Below are positions 35,874-50,700 of a stretch of DNA of 64,000 nt, piece by piece. The notes under the pieces were generated by a model, which searched no databases, was not told the DNA's origin, and saw only the letters and a list, made by a program, of their open reading frames with translations. A program made the position numbers and the translations under genes. The first letter of the stretch is position 1. Every line of letters begins with the position of its first letter. The stretch lies in the NCBI GenBank assembly GCA_002633005.1, contig NMRA01000342.1, positions 396,056 through 460,055 of the forward strand, read 5' to 3'. This stretch comes from Phoronis australis (Eukaryota; Animalia; Phoronida).

Positions 35874-36977
35874 CAGTGGCGGATCTACGGGGGGGGGGTN
35901 NNNNNNNNNNNNNNNNNNNNNNNNNNNNNNNNNNNNNNNNNNNNNNNNNNNNNNNNNNNNNNNNNNNNNNNNNNNNNNNNNNNNNNNNNNNNNNNNNNNN
36001 NNNNNNNNNNNNNTAGGTCTCGCGACGGACCAGGCCAGCTTGATTTGTGTAGATGTTGAGTTTCAGTGTACTTCTGGTCCCTCGGCGAACTAGTCTTGTG
36101 ATTTTTTTACCAAAGTGTGCTTTGTAAAACTATTTATCTCAGCCAGTACTGTTTGGTCCCGCGACAGATCGACTATTTTTATAGGGATAATAAGCACAGG
36201 TGTACTCTTTGTCTCGTGACGGACCAGGTCAGCTTTTTGTGTACTCTCAGTGTACATCTGGTCCCTCTGCAAACTAGTCCAGTGTATCTTTTCACCACTG
36301 TGCACAGGATGTTTTGGTTTCGTGAAACTGTTTTCATATGATTTGTTTCCTGATAGATTTGACGTTTTTCAATTGTTTGTCAACGTGATTCAGCTTAATA
36401 AAGTGATACCTAATTATTTATTGTCGCTTTTTGACTATGAGTTGAGAGCACCATCGTTCGCCAGTTTTTCTTGTAACGAGACAGAACACATGTTTATTTC
36501 CGGACGAACAGTACGGGTCTTCGTTCTTAACAACTTGAGGCTGCTGTTACGCGATCATCTGATATTCAAGTTTTTACGCCCCGTCGGTGCTCCTTAATTA
36601 TGCTCTTGAATATTTGGAAATTGTCTAAACCCCTGTGTACACACCACACTTTTCGTATGCTAAAAAAGGTGTGTGTAAGCAGATGTTCCAACAAAAATTT
36701 TTGCTGGTGGCGTGACTCATACCCAGATGTGCACAATATGGTATCACGAAACGTATGTGCCAAGTTCATGTGACGAAATCTAGAAGGGTTTTTAATTATC
36801 CTAAGAAAAACTCCAGAGACATGTTAAGTGCCAGAAACTTACCAGGATGCATGGAAATTTCACTATTTGGTTACAAACCCCCCTCCCGACCTCCCCCCGC
36901 TCGGCGCCACGCGCCTACGATTCGACCTTGGCGGGAATCCTAAACCCCCCCTTGCTGAAAACGTAGATCCGCCACTG
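35874..36977. mobile_element. Putative ~1.1-kb TIR element spanning an assembly gap (N run 35900-36013)
   Basis: Perfect 16-bp TIR CAGTGGCGGATCTACG / CGTAGATCCGCCACTG; flanks TTGGTTTTG / CCGGTTTTG (7 of 9 match). Confidence 0.55.
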
Positions 36978-37724
36978 CCGGTTTTGGATCGGTTTTTGGC
37001 CATGTACAGTAACAATAATGTTTTAGATTTTATTTATTTCTTGTACTGAACACAGTGTTACATAGGCGGATTTAGGAGGGGGGCCTAGAGGGCCTGCCCC
37101 CCCCCCCTTGGCTGCCACAAAAAATAAAACAGCCAGAGCGTAGGGAAATGCTGAGTTTATTAATTAACCCCGGTAATTAAAATTATACGGATGAAAAAAG
37201 ATTTAAATGTGTGCAGTTTTAGTGTTGGGGGGGGCTCAAATCCAATTTCAAGTGTCAAATTCGGAACACGGCGCATTCGTAACGGAACTATGGCTAAGTG
37301 TAGGCTCTCTCGCGATATCCCAGGCGACCGTTTCCGTCGTCTGCTCCACTGTGCAATGAAGAAAATTTAATTCATTTTTTAAAGAAAATGGAACCTGAGT
37401 GACGATGAAAAAACAGAATCTGCTGGTAAGATGTGAATTTTAATCGAAGCCTTAGTGAATCACTTAGAAACTTGCAATACTCTCTTTGTCAAACCTTATC
37501 TTAAGATGATTTCCAAAGCAATCCCGTCATTATTGCCAACACGAAAAACGGATTTGGTGTTTTGGGCATTTGAAGACTATTTTAAATACGACAAATTTGT
37601 TAAGAATTGATGGCACGGCAAAATATAAAACGTGTAATAAGCATTAAAAAAGAAGTAGGTTTCGCACGCAAACGCTGTGGACCATAAACAAGTAGGTCTT
37701 CTAGTAACAATTAGTAGTTAAATC

Positions 37725-37795
37725 GTGGTGGAGTAGTTGTAACGCACGCCCGCTCTATCCGCCAGGTCGTGAGTTCGAGTCTAAGGTACCGTCAA
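37725..37795 (+). mobile_element. tRNA-like SINE head relic
   Basis: TGGTGGAGTAG (A-box like) and GAGTTCGAGTC (B-box like); no intact cloverleaf. Confidence 0.4.
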
Positions 37796-39014
37796 ATTTT
37801 TCTATTTGACACGTTCTCCGTGTTTTTTTTCCTTTTTTGCTTGGATAATACTTCAGGAATCAAGGAAAATGCTTGATTTTTAGAGGTAAAAACAGAAAAA
37901 TTTCCTGGGCGAACCCCCCTCCCGACCTCCCCCCATTTGGTGCTATGCGCATCTACAATCATGGTTCAGTTTGCGCAAATGCTTACAGCCGGACAAAATG
38001 TTGCCCTCCCCCTTGTGATATCCTAGATCTGCCACTGTGTTATACATTCTTTTTCCGTTCTGGCTTTCTATAATACATATACAGTCCCTGGTTCTCTAAA
38101 TTTATTTTACGTCCCTATTTCGCTTCACACAGCTCGTTACACGGGAGACAACTTCTTCAAGTCACAACAAAAAGACAGGGGGCACAAGTGAAAACCCAGA
38201 AACAACCGAACAGTAGTAACTTTGACAGTTTCTCCAGAAACGTCCTTTTTCTACGAAGTGGCCAAGCGCGGAGCTTTGCATGGTTATTGTTGGATACCCG
38301 GGGTGGCTAAAATGGTATGTCAGGCAACCAAATCTGTACATAGAGTCTCGTCCATGCGGAATTTGTTGCAGTTACGGCTATATAGGGCCCTAAAAGGTAT
38401 CCACATTTGGTCAACTTCAGGATTATTTTTAAAAAATTCCATTTTTGTATGAGAAGCTATATAATATATAGTTTTATGATTTTCGTGAAAAAATCAACAG
38501 TTATACAAAATGAAAGCGAAATAATGTAAAAAATGTGAGTGCATTTTTTGAGGTTTCATCTTGAAAATTTATATTTAGCGAAATTTGGTCATGTTAGTGA
38601 TACCGTTGTTCAGAAATACCGGAACAACGCTCTGCGCTTGCGCGAATCCAGCCTCGCCAGTCTCTCATTCAAAGGCATGTTGAACTTCCAAAAAGAGCTT
38701 TCTTGCAGGTCAGTGGAGTAACGGAGTTTATTTGGCCATAGGCGACCTAATGTGTGAGCATAAATGAGCCTTCTCTGAAAATTAAAGTGAAGCGTGTTAA
38801 ATTATATTGGTGTAGATTAGATTTAACTTACATTGACTTGTTTATAAAATACTTGGGTATTTTTATGTCAAATAAGAGATTATCTAACATGCCGTTGACA
38901 ACTTGATTTGTCCTTTACCATTTACTAAGACGAACAGAATTGTCAAATGAGGTTCTTATGTACAAGTACATGTACCTTGATATCAGCATAGTTACGTAGC
39001 AGTCCTTAACTCAA

Positions 39015-39455
39015 ACTTCGTTGAAAACGTACACGACTGCACTTTTTGTTTGGCGGCTTAATACAGACTCGCTCGAGAGATATAGCAGACAAACAAAGTA
39101 AAACACTGGTTATATTTTGAGATCGTATGTCTCATCATCACGAAACGAGTGAAATGAACATAATATGAAGAGAACCATAGACATCTTGAAGCGAACTATA
39201 CAGTGAAATACACGGCGACTGACAGCAGGCAGAGGGGCATACATATGCAGTGAGTGTGAACGTATCACACTGTAGGAAACCCACAAATACATAAAAAAGA
39301 GCCAGGTGCGGTTGTGTTTTGATTTGTTTTTCTGTTATGTCTTTCGGTGTTTTGCTTCATAGTTGCACGCCTGAAGAAAGGAGATTGTTTAGAGACTACG
39401 AGTGAGTCTGTATTAAGCTGTCAAACAAAAAGTAGAGTGATGTTTTCAACGAAGT
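39015..39455. mobile_element. Element with ~60-bp inverted ends and hammerhead-like relics (inverted Penelope-type terminal repeats?)
   Basis: ACTTCGTTGAAAAC..ACTTTTTGTTTGGCGGCTTAATACAGACTCGCTCG is inverted at 39398-39455; decayed hammerhead at 39108-39141 (-) and an isolated CTGAAGA at 39371 (+). Confidence 0.55.
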
Positions 39456-39822
39456 ACCTTGATAACGGAACAATTTTTACTTATTCCTTTCACATTTGAA
39501 GCGTATAACTTACTGGAGTTTTCATAATTGTCAGTGTATTGTATGAACTCTACAGGTTCCCGTCACCCACTTGTATACAACTATGTACATTATTGCAAAA
39601 GTAACAGAATTTGTAAGCCATCGAGATGAATTTAACATAAAACTTGTCCTGAAGATATGTCCTTTCTCACATGTCACTTTGAGGGCTCACGGTTTTAATT
39701 TATGGTTGCATTTTTAAAGTTTTAAAATTCATTTTTCTATGCGCCGTAAATCCCTCATTCCATTTTTGGAGATTTCATATGAAGAATCTGAGATGATTAA
39801 AATGGCACATGAAACACACAAT

Positions 39823-40106
39823 CTAGTACTTCGTGTTTTGGTCCATGTCAGGCACCACACTGAAATGTTCATATTCTGAACCACGGTCTTCAAAATCATC
39901 CTCAGTCAGTTGATGATGTGGCTTGTCTCCTAGTTCACATGTTTGACTAACGGGGGCGTAATTGATCCCATGGCACGATACGTTCTGGACACACTGTGCG
40001 AGGCACTCTAGCTCATTCTGTGTTGTTGTAACCGTGTGTATATTTCTGCTTGCCAGAACTTTGTTTCCAATTACAGCTTTCATTTTGCTGAAGGACGACA
40101 TTGGAC
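39823..40106 (-). CDS. Terminal exon: PAN/apple domain
   Basis: NKVL..I.T.T...ELECLAQCVQNVSCHGINYAPVSQTCEL (C-x3-C-x5-C..NY..C.L); acceptor CTCATGTAG|, stop TAG. Confidence 0.88.
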
Positions 40107-41720
40107 CTACATGAGAGAAAACAATATTACATTCCATAGTCCAAATCACAATAACTCTTGCATCAACGAGTCGGCACTCTTGAAGACGCATTGCTTAAAC
40201 AAAACCACTTGTATTGTTCGCACACACGTTATTTGACATTTACAAATTAAAACACATTGCTCAGGAACATACGCTTCAGTATTTGACTTGCCTTTTTCAT
40301 GGGCGGATCCAGGATTTTGAGTTATGGGGGCCAGGGCACAGGAATAACAAGAATTTCGCCACATGTGCGCGCCCAGCCTAAAATGTAGGCATGCAGGGGT
40401 CTCGAATTTTTGGGTTTGTGAAGCTTATTACTAAAAAAACTATAAACGGGGTTTGTTCAAGGCATATGCATTGTGCATTCACCCCTCGAGCCCCCCTGGG
40501 TGTACGCGAACGCATATGCTAGTCAGCAATTCGCACCCCGAACTGCCAAATGGAATTTTAGGGGGTGCATGGCCCCCTTGCCCCCCCAAATCCGCCACTG
40601 TTTTTTTTCTTACGAGAATCTGACACTACGAATGGAACGGCCAAGAATTAAATTAATATTAGAATAGGAAGATTTACAAAATAAATTAGTATTTCGATTC
40701 CTAATACTCACCTTCTCTGTAAACACAGTTTTTCATGGCCTGCTTTATCTGATGCGCATTGAGAGCGATGTCGTACAGTTGAACACAAGAAATTTTCCCT
40801 TTAAAGTAACGGGTGTCAGACATATCATCCCGTCGTCCAATGCGCACGCCGTAACGAGTCTCCAACTCTAGTTGGCCTACATAATGACTATAAACTCTCT
40901 CACCGTCAATCCAAAACTTCGTCATGCCTGTGTGGTAGTCATACGTTATGGACACGTGCTGCCACCTATCTGATGTAAGCACAACCGAGGAAACGCCCAG
41001 GCCGTGATCGCCGTCACCATCGCCGATGTTAAAACGTATAAAAAGTTTTTTTTGACATGGGCCTAAAGCCCATATGTGAAGGCCATACGTCGATACCCCG
41101 TTGAGCTTCATATAGTTAAAGATAGGTCCGTCAGAGCCAGAAGAACGTGGATATAGATAGGACATCCAAGTAAACGAATACCGGACGTCAATGTTACCAC
41201 CAACGTTGGGAATTTCAACGTAGTCTGTAGTTTGACCAAAGAATTCAAAGGCGGTGTTTTTATCGTTTTTTAGTCCAGAAGTTAAGGAGGTGTCGCCGTG
41301 CACGCTAAAAGATGTTCCTCTCCCTGTTACGTCAGATGTCACATAACGAGCACTCATTGGCCAAAGTGCAACTGGACGAGGTAACGAAGAACCTGCAAAG
41401 TTATTATAACTTTAAAACCCGTTCAAAATGAACAATTTCCAACAACTTCATGAATTAGTCAAGAACTGTTCAGTTCCACGTCATAAACATTCGTATGATG
41501 TGTGACTCTTAATCATTCCATGAAAGAGGGTCTAGTTATAGTCTATGTGTTTAGAGTTCGCCTTTAAAATCCATTGAACATTGTGAATCCAATTGGTTTC
41601 TTTAAGGGTAATAATGGCAGCTACCAGAAATCAATTATGCTACCATGCACCAGGAAAATATTACGGGGTTCTAAGCTCAGAAAATTGTCGCTTAACCGGA
41701 GCGGGTACTGTGCTTGGAGC

Positions 41721-41783
<63 letters not shown>

Positions 41784-44700
41784 AACAAACACACACAAAC
41801 ACACACAAACACACACAAACACACACAAACACACAAACACACACAAACACACACAAACACACACAAACACACAAACACACACAAACACACACAAACACAC
41901 ACACACATAACGTCATATAACAGCAAGCCGAAGCTTATGGCAACAAAATATCGCCGCGATGATACTAATAAATTCTTATGAACTGCTAAAAAATAACGCC
42001 CCCTTCAGATTGTTTGTTCATAAATTGGACTGTACTGATTGTTTTTGTAAATTTTAAAAATACAGTGATAGATAACGACACACATTTTCATATAAGCTTT
42101 ATCACAAAAACTCATTCATGAATTTCAAAATGAAGCTTTTAAAACGACTTGGGTCTGAATCAAAAGTCGCAAATAGAGAATGCGAAGACATTTGGTTCGC
42201 ACACGAAATGCAACTTTTACAAAACTGCAGACTGCATAGCGCTGGGATAGTCTTGTGGTGCATGATAAGTCTATACATGTAGATCAATAAATGAAATTAT
42301 GAACGGCTTTCTTGAGTATACTGACTCTTGCCTGGAGCTCCAACTTCTTGATGCCGGCTGATGGTCAATGGTGTACCATGAAGGACCACTGATTCCCTCT
42401 GCGCGTAGACAATGAATGCATAAATTTAGTGAAGGTTACTCAACAAATCAGTGCATTTGTGTCAGTTTGGGCGTCAACCATGCCATGTGTGGTAAAAATG
42501 ATAGACTTCTGGCTGTTGGTCCATTCGAACCGAGAGAGGTCGCCAACAACTTTGATGTATCTGTCAGCACAGTGAAACACCTCCTTCTGGTGCTGTCTAT
42601 GACTATCCAAGAAATGGTCGTCCACGCGCTACTGTACAAAACCAAGATAGGCACGTTAGAAGTTTGGTGATGCGCAATCGGCAGATTACAGCCAGGGAAG
42701 TCACAGAGTGATTGCGAGGGCAACAACTGAACATGAGCTACCAGGTGGTGAAGAATCGCCTTCATTTAGCCGACATAAGAGCACATGCGTCCTGCAAGGA
42801 AACCAACTGTGACCGCTGTCCATCACCAAACCCGAATGAGATGGTGTAGGCAACACGTTCGCTGGATAGAACAGTGGAGGACCGTGATGTTCTCTGATGA
42901 GTCTCGTTTTTGTTTGCGGCCCATGGAAGACTGTGTGGAGACGGTGAGGCGAAAGATTTGAACACGACTGTTGCATTACGCGCGTGGCACCACACAATGG
43001 AGGCAGTGTTATGGTGTGGGGCGGAATCTCCTTCAACGGAGAATGTCTAAAGCCCAGCGCTACCACACTCAAGTTTTGAAAATCGTAGCCATAACTTTCG
43101 TTCGGACGCTTGGACAAAATGGTATCCTGCAAGACTACAACGCAAGGCTGCACCGCGCAAGGCCATAGAAAACCATCTGCAAGAACAAGGCATACAGCGT
43201 CTACTGGCCAGCAGGAAGTCCTGACCTGAACCCTATAGAACAGCTGTGTGGCCAGTTTGCTCGACGAGTATGTCGTCGTGTCAAAACCAGAACACATTGA
43301 ACGATCACCGCATCCTGTAGGAACAGGAGAGGGGAACAATCCCCCAGCACAGGATTCAGTGCTTAATTAGGAGTATGCGTGAGAGATGCATTGTTGTGGT
43401 GAACGCGGGTGGTGACAGTACACGTTACTGATGAGATAGACTGGAACCGATCCGATTAGTGTTACGTTATGGCAGGCCGCCATTTTGTGACTTTTGTTTT
43501 TGAGCTACTTAACTTGATCGCCAACTTAAATTCGTTTTACGGTACAATGTCTAGCAAATGTGAAATCAAAAGATGTGTCTTGAATTAAACTTTCCTGTGA
43601 TGAAACAACTGTTTTATTTTATTATTCCTTCGTTATATCCTGAAAAGTATGAAGGAGGTGTTAGTTTTTGAGTAGTTCATATGGGATAAATAGGTTTTAC
43701 CTATATAACATAAGGTGTTGATTAAGATGGGCTACTCATCTTAAGGCAGCATCAACAATGCACAGGCAGAGAAGAAATGAATTCCGTAGAAGCAACGATC
43801 TAGCAAAGATACAGTAGTGCGATCTCGTGTTTCGTTTGTAATACACGGTGATATCACAAAGCACGTATAGGCTGTACTCACCTTGGACGAATTTTGTGGC
43901 TGTTGTATAAAGTTCCCACCTCATGGACTGGTGTCCAAACCATGTCATAGGGAAAACACGGACGTAGCGAGCGTAAAACGGTCTCTTAAGTTGGTGTTTG
44001 ATAACAGTGTCTTGGTCGTAATTGCCGGTAAACGTGTAAGGGGATTCACCTGGAAAAAGGTATACCTTGAAACACTGTTGCGATGATGCAAACCTACATG
44101 TAAAGCGCAGGGAATTTGGCGACATTTAGTAGGTAATCACACTTTAGCGTAACATGCGCCCCAGTACACTAAATCTTCAAATGATGAGTCACGTGACATT
44201 TTGTTCTTGACTTGCTTGTCTTTGAGGTCGGAGTAACATTTTCAAAACCTGAATAAGTTTCCGTCGACGTAATTTCCTGTCAATAAATATGGATGATCAT
44301 CAGAGACGGATCTAAAGGGGGGCCATTGGGGTCATGCCCCACCACCCATAAAATTTCCACAGATTCCAGTTGGCAGTTCGGGGGTGCTAATGTCTGGTGG
44401 CCAAAATCCTCCTGTTTTATTTTGAGCGCAGTTTGCGACTAGGCGATCGGAAAGCGGAACATTTCACCTTCAATGTGTTCGTATATCCTGAAAAACCTAT
44501 TTTATTGGCAGAATTAATACTGGTTTGGAAACGGCGACAGAAACCATTTCCGTTTCGACAGAAGCAGTATTTACATCTACAGTGGCCATTGTTTTTCACG
44601 GCCTCTAGAGGGCACTTTTTCCATCGTAATGGGACTGAACTACATTGCATTCATACCAAACAGACAACATACCGTAACTATACAATGAGAGGCTACTCTC

Positions 44701-47700
44701 CGTGTCTCCATACTGTAACCGGTAGGACATCACGTACTGATTGTGGTATTTGGAATTTCGTCCCTGTGTTGCAATAGCGAGGATATAGTAGACCTTCCCT
44801 AGGTCAACCTACATGTAAATCACATAGGGTAAACAACTGTATAATACAAAAAGACAGTTAACTTTTTGAAGGCATCTTTGGCTAATTTTAACACAGTTTA
44901 CTTCGTGTTTAGTTATTCTGGACCTTAGAAGTCCGTATCTATCAAAGGGAAATCCGAATATAATGATTATTTAAGGCTAATGTAGGACCCTACATAAATG
45001 GTCAAATTTGGCTAAATTCGGAACATCAGATCGAATTCACATGAAAATTTCAGATACTATGCTTTATGGGTTGTTATAAAAAACGTTGTTATGTATTATT
45101 TTTAAAATGTTCCATGAGGGGTTATGAAAATGGAATGTTCATGATTTTCGTGGAAAATGTTTAAGTTGCTATAACGAAAACGAAAAGATGTTTTAGAAAA
45201 CTGCGACAGCGTATTTGAGGTTTCACATTGATCATTTGCAGCAAATAAAATTTGACCATGTTATCGATATCATACAGACTACGTACAGTACCTTTCTTTT
45301 TTGAGAAATTTTGGTAAAAAGATATGGTCAAGTGACCTGATTGATATAAGATTGGTAGAAAGTCAGAAATCACATTCTACAGGCTTTCTTCGTTCAGAAA
45401 AGTATACTTTTACTGGGTTAAAATGTAAAATTTCCTAGATACGTTGCTAAATGCGCAGGCATGTCGATAAGGTCCTACATAACCTTGACGTGGGCGGTTG
45501 CATGGTCTGCTGTTAGCTTTAAGAAAGCGCCATGTTGTCGACGAGATCTCGTTTCCCGTTTCTGTAAGTCACCCGTGCTATGACTGGCGTCACACACATA
45601 TTTGTTCCCTGCCTTTTGTTGATAGTTAGCATTAGATACTGTTAAAAAGTGAAAAATGTCGAATATTTGAGACTTGTTATAAGGGTGAATTTCTTCCATT
45701 TCGCGCTTTTATTACACAAGTATTATTCAGTTGGTTGTACTATAATGCATTTTTATGAACGGCAGTTTTCGCCATTCACTGTCCGTACAACGTACGTCTG
45801 CATTTCAAGTGCCCCAATCGCATAGTAATATCATTTTCAGGTTTTCGTCCGCAACCTGTGTTTGCGGGGAAACGACTGGGATCTGTCGCTATGTTTACAC
45901 GTTACGGCGCTCTGATTGGCTGGAATTAATAGCTTCATGGATATGCCGGGTCTTTTCACTTAGTCGTTAAATCGAAGCTGGGGTTGGAAATTGACCGGCG
46001 TCTCACCCATCAGAAGATGAAATGTAAAGTTCATAGTTTACTCGGAAAGTCTTGATCATTGCGTAATACTTTCACCTTGAAGGATTTTGTGATGAATTTC
46101 ATTTGTACAGAGGTCGACTAAAAAGATTTAAAATGCCTTTAAAGTAAATACGGTATGCCGTTTTAATTAGATTAAAACGCCTATTTTCTTTTAATGGTGA
46201 ATTTAAGTATCGTACCAAGCCACTGGTTTGGGCAATAAGTTTATAGTAAGATTAGAAGTACGCTTAGATTAGAAGAAAATTAGAATTTCCATCATCGTAG
46301 TCTCCATAGTCGTCACTGTCATCTTCATTCAATCCTCATAGTCAACCGGGGATGCGTTCCGTGAACCCAAAAACAGTAGCTTATCTTAGGGAAAAGAAGT
46401 GGCAATTTCGATCCCACAGTTCATTATTTCAAACTAACCGACCAATCAGTAAAATCATGAACACACTCGCACACATTTACCATTAACTAGCGTGATTTTG
46501 CAAATTCTTGTAAGATCTTTCATTTCTCGCAAGAATTTATGTCTACGGACAGCTACCCAGCAAAGGCATCTGGTTGTTTCGTCATCACGACTACCGGCTT
46601 ATGAACCAGCGACGTAGTGGGTTGGCTACGCAAGCTGAAACAAGTGCAGTCACTACTTTCGTCGTTGTCGTCATTTTCGTCGTCATCATTTTCTTTTGCA
46701 TCAATGTCACCATTATTGACGTCGTCTTCATCATTAAAATCCTTAGCATCATTTTTCATACATAACATGTCGGTCGAAGCACGCAAACGAACTTTCACAA
46801 ACTTTACATGTAGGTCATTTTCAAGTCGACCAGACGACAACTTGAATTACTCACCTCATTTACCAAATGTCATCTGTGTTTTATGTGCTCTATCTCTTCA
46901 CTTTTGCCAAGTTGCTTGCAACTTTGCGATTTCAAGTTTGTAATCAGAGATGATGATACACCTACCTGTATCCAACAGTAAGAGGTACATCCGGCCTTTG
47001 CGCTCCATGCACCCCTGTACGTGCCTCCCGCATGAAAAGCACGTGTATGAAGCCGACTTCGTTCTGGCCCGTGAGTGTCAGACCATTCGTCTCCGCTGAA
47101 TGAGCTGTTCGCCAGAGGGGATATTAAGGCTCTGTTGAATGGCTCTACAATGTACAAATGGTGTTTCTTTAGTATGCTTGCGTACAATTTCACGAAGAGA
47201 ATAACAATAAGTTTGAGACGGTCGCAAACTATTGCAAATGAACCAGTGCATGATAAAACATAAAATACAAGATGTATTTACTCGCCTTATTTCTGAATTT
47301 GGTTTGCTTCTGTAAGAAATCATGTTTCGTTGAACACTGTCCTGTAGGCGAATTAGTATTAATACATTTCGCGAATGTATCGTAAACTTTAGGTGGAGAT
47401 GATCAATGGTATTTTTCAGAATTCTTATGAAGTTATGACGGGCTGTTTAGCCTCAAACTCTTGTGTCCTTCTGAACTCTTAACAAGAGGACAAAGACATT
47501 AACTGTTTGAGCGCTGTTTAGCCAAAACGACTATTTTGTAGGGTCACCTTGTTTCGAACAATGGCTAGTGTGAAATGTTTAGATTTTAATTTTTCGGTCC
47601 TCAAAAAATTAAGTCGTGGAATGGGGTAAGTTTACACTTCTAGCTTCCTATTGGACATTTTACCATAATTGGAATATTCTGAAACGACCTTTCGAAAACA

Positions 47701-50700
47701 TCTAAGGATATTCCGAGAATACGCACATGGGCTGTCTTTTCGGTGGACCTATTTTCGTAATGGATCTAAAGGTGTTACCTTTGACTAAATAAACTGTTTC
47801 ACCGCTGTTTTTTATGAAGCACGTTGTAAGTCATGTTTCACTCGCTGGTGTAGCGTTCTATTAAACGGCTTGATTAATCTGAGTTCATACTGATTGATTG
47901 TCAGTGATAGCGTCGACACGTTTCAGCACTTCAAACAAAGGAAGCAGCATTCAACAGTCTCCTCAGAGTTTCAAATTGATTTCAGATGAACTGTCTAATG
48001 AAATTAGATTTGAGTTTCATTTCCAATTTCTGACTGCAAAAATGACTGCAAAATAAAACTGCTATAAAATGATTCATGCGGTTTCATACATGTACGACTT
48101 TTTCTACTCTTGGAGGTTTTTTAAGAATATTGTGAGGTTTGATCAGGAAATGTTTGAAGAAAGATAAACATTTGTACCTGACTTAGCACACAGAGCTCTT
48201 GCGTTGAGAATTTGTGATTGAGACAAAGCAACGTTATATAATTGTAAACACGAGAGGCGTCCTCTAAATAACCGCGTGTCGTTTTGACGCGCACCCACGC
48301 GCACTGTTCCTGTAGTATCCAACCCATGGACGCCTATGTGGTTGTAGGCAGTTTCCTTGGCGTCAACCCATATCTGGAATTCCAAAACAAATCATAGTGT
48401 CGCTCATATTAGCAAACGGTTGACCAGGCATGAGACTGTAACGGCACATATAAGAAACATGAAAGATGGGCCACGCGCAGTGATTGCCTATTAACATTAC
48501 ACAATGACGCATTACATGCAAATGTTTGATAAGTGAATTTCAGAGAAACTGAGATGATTTAAGAATATAATTCATACCCGTATCTGCATAAATGTTATGA
48601 CGAATCAAGTACGGAAATCAAGCCCTTCAAAAGAGTTCATTCATTTCATGATTCGACGTTTTACCGTTCGCTGGTGACTCTGCCATTTGTATTTTCACCT
48701 TTCGGTGAACTCGTGAACTAATGCATCCACTTGGCTCATTGGGTGTCATTCGGGTCACCACAAATTATATGACATCACAATGACAACTATCGTGACCACA
48801 AGATGAAAGACGATTTTTGATTGGTCGTTTAATAGAAAGGTAAACGCAGAAGCGAAATATGACCGTGAACGACATTTTATTTCTCCATAAGTATAATTGT
48901 TAGTTCGTGCACGCTGAGTGTGGTGACATGCAACTTGTGATCGCATTGATATAACCAAGGGATATTTGTGATATGCATGTCACATGATATGATATCTTTT
49001 CCAAAATATTGTTCCTTAGCTCTTGGACGTTTTTTAAAACCTCTGCACAACGTTATGGGTAAAAAACGGATAACTGACTGCCGGGACCAATCGAGTGATC
49101 GGCGTACTGTTTCAAGACCAAACATTCCCTTCTTCCATGAATTACTCGGCCGATATAATCATACAATAGAAATATTGATTTCCAAATTTGGCCAACATGT
49201 TGATTTTATACCCCACAATGTGAAAATGACCTCGGCCATCCTCACTTATTCTGGTCTGATTGACGTTAGTGAAAGCCAATAAATGTTATTAACACTAGTA
49301 TGCGTGTGTTAGAATCCATTATGGTTGGTGGGTTTCCTTCCACAGACTAAGAAAAGGTTGATTTTGAACGTTTTCCCAATACGCGCGCACGCTGAAATCC
49401 GACTGGGGTCGTTATGAAATATTTTGGGCCCCTGATCCTTTTTCTTTTCCCTTGGCCCTCATCATAGTCACCATTCCTTCTAATTTTTTTCTTTCTTACC
49501 TTATACTCTCCCAAACTGTAGTCATACGTCACAGCTAAGTAGTTCCACTTGTTAAGCGGGAAGGCGTTCCCATGGGTGGTATTCACGACCACGTTTTGAG
49601 AACGGTCACGCATTTTGACGTCTACGGAAGCGTTGGAGTCAACGACAATTTGCAAGCCTGCATACGAGAGCACTGGCCCAGACATATAATCCGTGGTGTC
49701 TGAAACGAGAACAATCTTGGATTAGTGTGACGAGAAACCATTAAACATTGTGCAATTGTCCTTGTGTTTGAGCGATCGCTGAGGGTGTACCTAAAGTGTG
49801 AAACGCTCACGTCCCTTTTGGCACTTCAACGTCGTATGGAGTCTCTTGAATTCAAACATGTTGGTGCTCTTGAGTTCGTTACTACTTGTAAGCACTACAA
49901 TAGCTTTGAATTCGGGATATTCCATTAGAGCAGAATTGATGGCCAGTTTACAAATGCATTGTGAAACGGTTGTCAGCTAGATCACATCCGCAGATGTCAC
50001 TGAAAATTTGGTGACGTGAGTTTCGTTCCGTAGACTCAAGAATCACGGGGTCACGCGCTTCGCTTGCAACGCAGGGAAATATCTCGCAGTCATGCGTAAT
50101 CTTGTGTGTCTGCGCTTCTCTTGAGACTACGAGTTGCAGACCAGCCTCCCGTTCAGTAACGCTAGGACCTCGTTAAAAAGCAAGACTTCGCGATATTACG
50201 TGAGATATTTCCGTGTAAGTGAGAGCACGTGACTAAAACTAGATTTTACCTAGGTCCTAGCGTATGTCCTAGCGTTACTGAACGCACGCCAGGCGTTTTA
50301 GGTTGTGAATTTTAACTTCAGAGTAACCGGATGGTGTGTGCCACGATTTGCTCCAAGTATTGAAGCTATGCATTTGTAAATCACTTTGTTATTATTATGA
50401 TTGTTCTTTAGCCATGGTCACACCATAAATCATGTTGTAGAGGACCTATATTTAAATCAAGGTGGGTTCAAGTGAGGAAGGCTGTTATCCGTCATATATT
50501 GCTTACATGTACATGTTACTAAGTTTTCTGTGATGTCAACGGATGATTACGAACCGACAACCGTCCCATAATGCATTTGGAAAACGACAGCATCGCTGTA
50601 GATGAATCGCTTCATCGTAACATTTACCTGAATAAACAATAACAAAGCACTTAAAAACGAAACTGGTATTGAATAAAGATTCATGAGCGTTTGCTTACCG

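Noticed and set aside
41574-41981. His/Thr-rich and Cys/Val-rich ORFs (also 31059-31377 and 26651-26896)
   Set aside because: Translations of CA/GT microsatellites.
42894-42910. CTGATGAG as a hammerhead core
   Set aside because: It is the FSDESRF codon string of the Tc1 transposase, with no stem II or GAAA.
46553-46840. Acidic Asp/Asn-rich ORF inside the lectin gene
   Set aside because: Looks like a decayed GAT/GAC trinucleotide tract; it would interrupt the discoidin domain, whose flanking exons already join in phase (WIQ|VDLG).
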